Assembly (NCBI GenBank): GCA_963924565.1
Contig: OZ004607.1
Location: 28,024,001-28,088,000, forward strand
Origin: Ascidiella aspersa
Taxonomy: Eukaryota
Direction: 5' to 3'
Length of the DNA stretch: 64,000 bases
Shown one piece after another: positions 15,101 through 24,422 of this stretch (positions are counted from its first letter, which is position 1; every line of letters begins with the position of its first letter). Made by a program: the position numbers and the translations under genes. The notes below the pieces were generated by a model. It was not told the DNA's origin. It did no database searches and worked only from the letters and a program-made list of their open reading frames with translations.

Positions 15101-18100
15101 TTTTTGGCAGTTGAACGGTCTTGCCATTGTAGACGACGCTCTGGTCGGGATAGAGCATGACGTTGTGCATTGGTCCCATCTCGATACGAACAGCGCGCTT
15201 GCAAGATCCGTCGTCATTGCAGTCATAGTTGTTGATAACCTGGTTTCGGCACAAACGTACGTTGAAACATTATAAAGCCAATCCAACATGGAAAATTATA
15301 CCATTATGTAGAAGGTAATACATTTTTTTTTTGGCCACTTTACTGAAAAATTCCAAAGGTCAGGTTTTTGTAGATCATTCACAAAATGAAAAATGATATG
15401 ACATTAAAGAATATATAACGATTTGCAAGAACCAGTCTATGCGCAATAGTTTCAAAACCCAAGAAAGACTGACGAATGGCAATCCTCTTATCCAAGGTCG
15501 TTCATGTAAGCTTAAACTTTCTTGTTTTTTCTCTGTAACGGGAAGGTTTTTTATTGGTATTTGTGAGTTATGATTTGCGCCGAAATGTTTGTCCAAAATT
15601 TTACAATAAATACTACGCTAGAAAGCACTTTTGATACATTGTCTTTAACTAGGCCACCAAATTTTATGTAAAATGCCTTCAATTTCGAGCAAGCATCCAA
15701 GGCAAGTTGGTGGAAAGCTAAAATGCAACCTACTCTGGTCTGGATTGGCAGTGTAGTATGGCTTAAGTCAGTAGGTTTTTCCAATCTTGTGAAACAAGAA
15801 TTTAGCTTTGGAATGCGACGCAACAGTAATGGTTTTCAAACAAAAAAGTTTACGTAATGTCTTAAATGGCGCCACGACATCTCAAAAGAGAACTTACCGT
15901 GACTCGAAACGTGCCGCTGCACTCGTATGCGAGGCTGTATGCGCAGTCGCCGGGAAAGTAGAACTGCCTGCCGTCGAAGCTGTGGTAGTGGTGGAAGCCC
16001 CAGGTCGAGCAGACCGACTCGTGCTCGTAGGAGGCCAGGCCGTCAACGTCGACGATCGACGGCGAGCCGACTTCGGCCGCGTTCTCGCAGGCGCGTCCCG
16101 AGAAACCGATCGGGCACACACAGTGGTCCTTTTCCACGCACTTGCCGCCATTCTGACACGGTGTCGTGCAAATGGCTGACAAAAAGAAAACAGCAAAAAA
16201 ATGTTTACTCTTTATCAAAACAGTAATTGCCATGCAACGTATACCTGTGCACATCATGCTTTAGAAACTGTCCGACTAATGAGGGTTTTCATATAGCTGT
16301 AAAACAATGACTGAATAGCCGACCTAAAAATCCGATAGGCAAGCTACAGATTGGCACACCGCACTATTTAAGTTTAAATCAGAAATAAACTGTCAATATT
16401 GAAGTGGGATACCGCGAAGGGTTTCAATTAAAAAAACAGCATTTAAAACTTATTTAATGTTGCGGTGAAAATACCATTTCAGTTAAATAGTAATGAAAAG
16501 TTTGCTGTTATCAAAATCTGTTCCATGACGATTCTGTTTATACACAACACTTAATAGACATAAACGAAAAAACATTAAACACTTAAAATCGGTCAGGTAA
16601 AATGCGCGAACACAAAAGAGACAACCTATGTTATAGTAAAGTATCGAACACTCAATTTTTATTTCATATTGATTTTATGTGAATTTTAAAATCGACAGAA
16701 TCGGTTTCAGAACTTATGTTATAAACTAATATGGTAAAAATGCGTGAAAAAAATTACTAGTTTAATAACTGAATGTTAAACAGCGAAACATCGTGTCGTA
16801 ACGACTTAAAGTTAAAACAGACAAAATTGTATCAACGTTTACCACAAAAAGTGAGATAAATTGATTGACCAATTAAAAAGAAAGAAGTCAGTCCAACAAG
16901 TTGCGAAAGTGCTCACCTTCAGCGCAAAGTTTGCCAGTGTATCCGTCCAAGCAGAGGCAGCCCTTCCCCGCGATGCAACGTCCACCATTGAGACACTCGC
17001 CACCGCAATCGAGAATAGCTTTTGGAAAATGATTAAAGATATTAAACCTAATTCGTTGATCCTAAAAAATCGTCCTTTTCTCTACTAAGTGGCGGGCAGC
17101 ATGGATGTAGATATGTGTCTGCCTACTGTCCACTGACACACACATGTCAAAAATAAAACATGGATTAAAAAAATAAAGTGTTCTTTGGGCAAAATGTAAC
17201 AATATAGGAAAAAAATATCTGTTTTCGTAAATAACTTTAAATTATGTCTATTTTTCCAAAATAGTTTTTGTCTGTTTTCCAAAAAAATGTTGGTCATTTA
17301 TTTAATCCTAATTTCGTGTGTATTTCGGTATTTTAGAATGTTTTGTCGAAAATAAGGGCAGAACATAGCACTCTAAACATCGTCACCTGTTTCGCACTGG
17401 GTTCCTTCCCAACCGGACTTGCATTCGCACTTGTTCGGTGCCACACATCGTCCACCGTTCAAGCAAGACTTGCACACAGCTACAAAAACAAGCACATAGC
17501 ATTAACAATTCAAACAGTTTACATGCCTATTAGAATTGTTTTAATTGGGTGTTCTAGATTCATTGTCATTGACGTTGTTAGGATCATAATAATAATCTAC
17601 TGTTATTATTGTATTCCAGTAAAGGTATTCATTTATTTTTATGAGTGTTTTAGAAGATGGTAGATTGACATTTAAGTGTAGATTGATATTTTATTTTTTA
17701 TTTGAGTGCTTTAGAAGATGGTAGATTGATATTTAAAAAATAATCTAAAAAAATAAATCGGTAAAAACATTTTATTTTAATCCAACGACGGTTGAAAAAA
17801 CTTCCCTTTTTTAATGTGACGTCACAGGAAGTGCTACAACATCATTGGGGCATATTTTGATCAAAATCGAGATTGCACTGCGTCACAAACTTTCGTGGAG
17901 CTTTTCAGGCGGTAGTGACGCGGAAAGGTTCGCGAGCCTTTCGCTTCTGAGTCACGTCCGACAATGGAGACGACTTGGACGGAGTCGAGTGGCCCGTGTT
18001 CTAATCTGGTCGAATCGGGAACATGCTTGTTCCTTGTGCGCGTCGAGTCTGTTTACCCTGGCACCCGGACTCACGATCTGTCACCTTTGTGTCCATTGGG

Positions 18101-20434
18101 CCGCTGTGTGCACTCGGGATCGACAGAAACAACAATTTGCCTCGGGAAAGGCCACTTAGGGAGCAGGCCGGGACAAGCTTGCCTTTTACCGGGGCCAGGC
18201 AAGTTTTAATCTCTTTCAAGATATTGCCAGCCGCTGTGCTGGCTGTTATACCGACGGTATGCTAATCTGTTATTTTGATGTAAGGGTCGAAATTGGGTGA
18301 GTGTGGTTCACATGAAATATTGGAAATTGTCGGAGTAAATCATGTGTGCTTATAAAGTTCCTTAAAACGACATTGCATTAAAATATAAAAAAATATTGCA
18401 TTTAAATAAAGATGTTTTTCATAGTTTTACGATTATTTTATTATTAAACGTAAAGAAGACTTTTAAATCATAGGCCAAGTAGGCCCTATATGTTTTGTAA
18501 CAACAATTTTGCCATCCAACAGGACACATAAAATTTATGTTATTTTGTTTTAGCACTCTTGCTGACTGACTATCGTTCGAAGCGGCGCGCTTCTCAAACT
18601 TCTAAAACAAATATCAAACTTAATCAAATTGCACGTTATAGGTCAAAAAACGATTTTTTTGCAAAACGGTATGTGTTAAGTTTCGTTTGGTAAATAACTC
18701 AAACATGTAAAGAACTATACGGTGCGAACAGGATGAGGTTTGACTGTTGTGTGATGTATTGGCTTTGTCGACGCGATTGCTTTTCGGAAAGGCCTCGTTA
18801 AGCCGAAATGGCGACCGTCTGTTAGCTTTTTCGAGCCCTTTTTGTGCAGCGCAAACGCGAAAACTCACGTTGGTCGCAGGACAGCCCCTCATATCCGGTC
18901 CCGGTGCAGTCGCACTGATCCGGCTTCGCACAAACGCCGCCGTTCTGGCACTTGTTTCGGCAGATCGCTGCGAAAAAAGCATTCGATTTTGAAGGTAAAC
19001 AAAAATCGTTTATGGAAGGTTTTCGGGGCATTTTGTCGACTACAGGGTTAATCCGGACGCTTAAAAGGATAGTCGTTTGATTTTTTTGGCGTCCTTCCTT
19101 TTTTGTGTCTCACTAAATGTTTGCTTTTTACATGCAAAAATTAATAGGAATTATTACTTTTTTGATCCTTTATAGGTTATGTTTAAAACTTGTTCGATCA
19201 TTTATTTACATTTTCGTTATATTAATATAATCCACAAAGAAAGCAGATTGTGACATTCATACGTGTCAACTAGTAATCCCGCCAAAATTGACAAACCTTT
19301 GTCTAAATTAACAAATAAAATTTAAAACACCAAAACAGTATATTACACATTGACAATAATAAGTAGGTCTATGCCTTTACCGATAGTACACGTGTCGCCG
19401 GTGTAGCCGTCACAGCAAGCATTCACTTCGCGTGTTTCGACAATGGTTTTCTTTACTTTCACCTCTTCTTCAGAGGATCTATCAAACAACAAATGTTAGA
19501 ATTTTGCTGTTGCTGAGGTATATTGAATTGACGCAACTATTAAGGTCTAATATGTCACATGCCAGTAGATAGTGAATTTGATTCTGCTTAGATGGATTAA
19601 GGACCCGATATGGTGATCCTTCAGAAATAATTGTTTTAGAAAGAAAGAAATTGAAGTTATTCTGAAATGACATTTGGCATCTAAATTATAAGGTCAAAAC
19701 TGTTCTGGTAAGAGACTTAAATAATTGGATTGAAGTTTAATGGACCTAATTATTTTTTCGCTTGTCTCTTGTTACACTGAGTCCAAACTTGGAAATAAAA
19801 CAAAAGTCTGTTTTGGGTAAACATCAAGTAGGTCAATAACGGTTTTAAGTTTAGCAGGCAAACGTGATATAAGTTTAAGAATTCGGCCTATTTGCCATAA
19901 TATGGATGAAAGCGACGCGGTCTTCGAGGCTTGCTTTAGCTGCCTACGTCACAAAATAGCGTAAGTTCAGTCGAAAAGAAGCCTTCAAGACCTGTGTCAA
20001 TTCAACAGATAAGAAAATTTTTAACTATTAAGTTGTCAATATACAGTTTAGGTTCTGCTGTCAACATATAGTTTAGGTTCTGCTAACCTGTTGAAAGTGC
20101 AGTACTCCAATCCATCGACAACGCTCCGGCTCAGCTCGATGTCGCCGCTTTTCTTCGACGAGCATAGCTGGTATTCCACCTCGCGCCAAACCGTCTGCTT
20201 CTCCAAGACTTCGATCGGCTTTTCTTCCTTCACCGTTACCGGGCAAATGCTGTCGGGAAGACAAAGCACAAACATACATCAGCGACGCGCAGGGATAACA
20301 TCTCTCAGGTGCGTATCGCCGCCGATCGAATACACAATAAGCCCTGTATCCACACCAACTTACTTTGTCGACTGGGCTCTGGCGAGCGACAGCAGAGCCC
20401 CAATCGCGAAGGCTACATAAATCATCTTTTCCAT
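178..20434 (-). CDS. SCO-spondin/hemolectin-like secreted VWD-C8-TIL glycoprotein (vWF/gel-forming mucin superfamily), 5' part; gene continues beyond position 1
   Basis: 29 phase-consistent GT-AG exons, in transcript order: 20364-20434, 20088-20249, 19381-19478, 18869-18967, 17387-17479, 16917-17018, 15898-16175, 15038-15239, 14233-14366, 13754-13954, 13075-13201, 12542-12670, 11924-12038, 11535-11640, 10854-11008, 9506-9698, 8518-8737, 7462-7769, 6946-7046, 6115-6235, 5557-5768, 4823-5054, 4075-4215, 3561-3693, 2753-3085, 1921-2155, 1316-1439, 1041-1095, 178-383 (4686 nt, 1562 codons). VWD motifs: [42 protein letters not shown]8 motif [13 protein letters not shown]. Several TIL domains. Confidence 0.93.
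712..785 (+). other. Degenerate tRNA-like head, possibly a SINE remnant, in a gene 1 intron
   Basis: A-box-like TGGTAAAGCG near 722 and T-arm/B-box-like GGAGGTCGTGAGTTTGAACCTCAC (about 754-777). No complete cloverleaf. Confidence 0.35.
6323..6839. mobile_element. Degenerate hAT MITE in a gene 1 intron
   Basis: CAGGGGTTGGCAAC ... GTTTGTCGACCACTG, with flanks ATCTATGA / ATCTATTT. Confidence 0.65.
14754..14916. mobile_element. Short hAT-like MITE with GACTTG subterminal repeats
   Basis: Perfect 11-bp TIR CAGTGTTGTAA / TTACAACACTG. A fragment of the left end recurs near 15749. Confidence 0.65.
16917..20249 (-). CDS. Gene 1 EMI-like domain (exons 20088-20249, 19381-19478) and EGF exons (18869-18967, 17387-17479, 16917-17018); a fourth EGF begins exon 15898-16175
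   Basis: ICPVTV...YQLC...YCTF...[11 protein letters not shown] fits the EMI cysteine pattern. Phase-1 exons carry CxNGGxC...CxC...GYxGxxC. Confidence 0.8.
20364..20434 (-). CDS. First coding exon of gene 1, encoding the signal peptide [23 protein letters not shown]
   Basis: ATG at 20434, hydrophobic core, A-R-A cleavage site, and a GTAAGT donor in phase 2 that matches the next exon. Not present in the ORF track. Confidence 0.85.
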
Positions 20435-20610
20435 TCAAAGCGGCAAGCCTTGAAGGCCGAGATTTCCTTTAGGGGGCAAAGTGAACGTCGTCAATTCAGG
20501 AGTCTCTGGTTTGTGTGATTGTAAATTCGTTACAATACTTAGAATTTTGGTAACCGTCCGGGATGGTGTCCCAGATGTATGTGAAAGCGGCCGCGACAAG
20601 GTGTCGAACC

Positions 20611-20617
20611 TTATATA
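20611..20617 (-). promoter_or_regulatory. Candidate TATA box (TATATAA) for gene 1
   Basis: Lies about 180 nt upstream of the ATG on the coding strand, inside a CpG-rich segment (about 20440-20950), next to an E-box (CAGGTG, 20618-20623). Confidence 0.5.
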
Positions 20618-22559
20618 CAGGTGTCGTCGCGGCGGGCGTGAAATCATAACCGTGGAGATCTTTCTGGGCGCGGCGAGTTTCTCCCTTGCCGCGGCAAAAT
20701 CGAAACCCAAGTCGAAGGAATAATATAGCGACCGGCTAAAAACACACGCACAAAAGCGGGCGAAAGTGACCGAACGCCCGGCTCCCGGATATCGGACGCT
20801 TTTGGAGGGGCACGCGCGTCACAACTTTACGCTCCGGGAGACATGCGGGGTCTTGATCGATGCCTGCCGAACGGGCACTTCACGCTCGGCGCGAAAAGGC
20901 GACGTAAAACACGTCCTGAATAAACAAGCCCTGGGCCAAGGCTTAAAAGGCGGCTTTAAATTCAACAGAACTTAACTTTTAAAACGTAGTCAAAACAGAA
21001 TAAAATAGGAAACAGGTCTCTTTCGAAGCTGCTGCTCAATCTGGTTATTTTTTTTATTAAATTTTGTCTGTTATACAGCCATTGTTTTTGGTAAAAATAA
21101 AAATATTCTCCACAGTTATCGGTATCGCGCTGCCAATGCCAAAAAATACCTTTCAAAAAAATAAAGACACCGCAATTCATTTCACGAAATTTAAACCGAG
21201 ACATAAGGATATATATCGATAGGTATACGCTTTACAACCACTAATTGAATGCGATTTGGTCGAATCGCTCAGAGAAAGGAAAATTTTGTGGTCCTGGCTT
21301 TTTTTAAAGCAAATAAAAAAAACTGTGGCCCTGGCTTTTTTTAAAGTGGCCGTAAAGACTAGTCTGTTCTCAGGGTCGCGTCCGCGAGAGACCACTGTGA
21401 CCAGGACGGCGTGGTCACACCGTTATTTGTGATTGCAATGTTGTTTCTTTCGCTCGAGTAGCGCATGATTAATCCCCGCTTATAAACCCCACTTCAAGAA
21501 TGTTCAAGATAAAGAAGTTTTGTTGGTTCCCCAGCTTTTGAAATAACTTACTTGAATACCTCAAACGTCCACTGATTGATCAAGTATGTTTAATTGCGCC
21601 CTTACACGGTCATAAGATTATAAAGTGTTTACAACAAAATGCTACAGTTATGCATCTGTTTATTGTGTATCTTTCAAGCTTCTTTGAAGATAGCTTGTAG
21701 CTTTTCTATCGAAGTTAAAAGTATTATGGGATCCTGGCATTAAAACCTACATCCGTTTCAGGACTTTTTGGCCTTGAAACGTCATACCTGAACGACTAGT
21801 GTAACATGAGATGTTGCTTCCGATCTTTCAAAGGTTTAATATAAAGGTCGAAACGGTAAAAAATTCTTCCGCCATTAAAAGACATCGGCCAATAATGGAG
21901 ACTCTCATCCCGGCGAAATGTCTCGGCGCCGCAAAACATAACCACAACAGTGCGACTATCGCAAACGCAAGAGTGACATAAACTCAGGCGTTGAAACAAC
22001 ATCCGGGAATCACTGCCCGGTATCCATTGCGTCCCGGCGCCAATACAAGCACGGTCGGCCCGCGGCCTTTGATACTCAACACCCCAACCCCTTGGCAACC
22101 CGGGAGGTGCTGGGGCAAGTAGTGTCGCAAGTGTTCTCCAATGCGAGGCACTTGCTTGAGAAAATGTGTCCGGCGATGTTTCGCGGGCACTTGATGCTGA
22201 TTTCGCCGGCAAAGCCTTGCCTCTCGCCCAGCTCAGCCCATTGTCACGGGCCCCGTTGAGTTGTTTTTCGCTCGTTTGGACGCTTGACTGATGGGCTTTT
22301 TAACGGACAATATACGGTGGCGCTTTTCCTTGCGGTTTAAGTTCGGCGTCTCCTGCAACACTTTTCATTTTGAGAAATCACGTTGTTTTCGGATTGGGCC
22401 TGTATTAGGGTAGATAGCTTCCGAGGAATTTGTTGTTTGGCAAAAACTTGAATGTGTCATAAAGTATTGGCATATCGCTGAACGACAGGTTTTTCATACT
22501 ACGATTAACGTCGTTTCTTTCAATGCATTCCCAGTTAATAATACTAAAATACATTATAG

Positions 22560-23056
22560 CAGGGGTTCCCAACCTTTTTACGTTCTCGTACCACTTGGAC
22601 GCTCTGTATTGCCACGCGTACCACTTCTTGCAAAAAACTAATTTGTTCGAATCATATTTTATTGTATTTTTAGCTTACAACTAGCATTATTCAACGCTAT
22701 TTGTAGATTAAGCCATAAAACAGTAGATGCTATCTATCAAGAGCAATCATTTGACATATTTGACGCCCGTCGCCCACTGTACTACAGCGTTGTACGGCTT
22801 TTTAAAGCAACTGCTGTGCTTATTGTTGACAATTGACATGGCCAGTATTTTGAAGATCGTAATGGCAAGAAACAACAGGGATGGTTACGTAACAAGGAAT
22901 GGGCTTCGGATTTTTTTTTGTAAACAAAACCACATGAACAAAACATAAAGTTGTGAATCCAGGTTTTTGTGAAAAAACGAAAGCTACTCGCGTACCACCT
23001 GAAAAACCTTCGTGTACCACTATAGTGGTATGCATACCACAGCTTGGGAACCCCTG
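22560..23056. mobile_element. hAT-family MITE
   Basis: TIRs CAGGGGTTCCCAA / TTGGGAACCCCTG, perfect 8-bp TSD CATTATAG, internal GTACCAC repeats. Confidence 0.9.
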
Positions 23057-23200
23057 CATTATAGGCTAGGTATTTGCTAATAATATTTATTTTAACTAAT
23101 TAAAGTTTTATTTGAGCCAATTTTTCTTTGATCAAACCTTGTTCGACGTATTTTCTCAAGTTCATAAAAAATGCAATTTTCTAACGACGTTGGCCTAAAA

Positions 23201-24422
23201 CAGGTGTGGGCAACCTTTCCTAAATCGAGGACCAAATCTAACTCAGCAAGGTTTTTTTGGGCCTCGATTTCCACTCAAAATTAAATTTTAGTTGTTACAG
23301 TTTTTAATCAGTATGATATTATACCTTTCAATCAAGGAATACTGCACGATTTATTTTTAAGCAATTAAATAGTCTAAATTTTAGGCAATTTAAAAACTCT
23401 AAACATTTAAAAGCCTTAAAGCAAGTCCTTGTCGTGAATTTCGTGGTAAATATGTTGGCTGTCGCTGCCGCGTTTAAGAGGCCGGACGTGGGCATATTCG
23501 TCAGCAGCCGGCCTGCTAGCGCGAGCAACCTGCTCTTGGTCGCACGGCATTGTGGAATAGGCGAGATACGTTGGTATGTCGCCACTCGTTTCGACTCCGA
23601 AACTCGTCGAAGCGCCACGGAAGGGTTCGTCTACGGGTGGTGCGTAGCGAAACATTGATTCCAATCTGTTGATGTCCTCGTGCATATCGGGGAGCTGTTT
23701 CATCAATTGCCCAGCTTTGCTGCTGGCGTCCTTTGCGTTGTGCTTTTCCGGCGCTTGCTTGGCGTTCGTGGCCATGCGAAGGCCGCAGGGGATTTCGAGC
23801 GGCGTCGGATTCTTGATGGGAACGAATTGGCCCGCCTTGTACGCCGGCTCTGCAAAGAAGCTGCCTTTGGAGTAGGATAAACTACCGCTTTTGTTATTGA
23901 TGATTGGACTTAGAGAGGTATTACTTACAATGGCCATATTGTAAATACGGTTAAAATTACAAAAACACTATCAATTGGCAACTTGAATGCTTCAAAAAGT
24001 TTCCACGACACAAAGATTATGCTGTTTCTAAATATATATGGGAAGTCATAAACTAATTGTTTAACTTTTTTTAGGTTATTTAAATAGTGCCGATAAACTC
24101 AAGATGTATTCATCTTGTTCGAAACTTGTAAATCATTCACGCAAAGCGCGAGAAATTATACATTTATATAGACTACAGTTGGCGATAACTTCATTGTTGA
24201 GAGTTCCGTGGTAGGCCTATACCTAGCACTGTTGGGCAAAGAAGATTCCCGCAAACACCCCACATTCAAATAAGACTCGCGCAAACTGCAAACATTTTTA
24301 TTGTTAAATTGTCTAAATATAAGGCATTGCATCGTGCCTATAGCTTTAAAAGAGGCGGCAAGCCGGATGGTTTGCGTTAACGGGTCATATCTGGCCAGCG
24401 AGCCGTAAGTTGTCCACACCTA
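23201..24422. mobile_element. hAT (Charlie-like) non-autonomous element enclosing the duplicated SPATA2-tail ORF
   Basis: Left end CAGGTGTGGGCAAC at 23201. The right end read on the minus strand is TAGGTGTGGACAAC (12/14 match). Charlie-type subterminal sequence ATCTGGCCAGCGAGCCGTAAGTTG. Flanks GCCTAAAA / GACTAAAC (6/8, degenerate 8-bp TSD). Confidence 0.6.
23416..23937 (-). CDS. Intact 173-aa ORF: diverged duplicate of the C-terminal tail of the SPATA2-like gene, with no PUB domain; functional gene or young pseudogene
   Basis: Collinear similarity to about 29000-29660 (FVPIK.P.PL.IP.G.RMAT.AKQAPE.H.AK; GASTSFGVET; DQEQV.R.SRP; QHIYHEIHDKD). All visible indels preserve the frame. Confidence 0.6.
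   Translation of the reverse strand: MAIVSNTSLSPIINNKSGSLSYSKGSFFAEPAYKAGQFVPIKNPTPLEIPCGLRMATNAKQAPEKHNAKDASSKAGQLMKQLPDMHEDINRLESMFRYAPPVDEPFRGASTSFGVETSGDIPTYLAYSTMPCDQEQVARASRPAADEYAHVRPLKRGSDSQHIYHEIHDKDLL

Noticed and set aside
45-20723. Many plus-strand ORFs over gene 1 (for example 139-429, 1892-2200, 15808-16179)
   Set aside because: They are antisense shadows of GC-rich minus-strand exons and show no recognisable protein motifs.
21796-22212. 138-aa minus-strand ORF as a possible first exon of gene 1
   Set aside because: A better signal-peptide exon with the correct phase exists at 20364-20434, and this ORF has no domain features.
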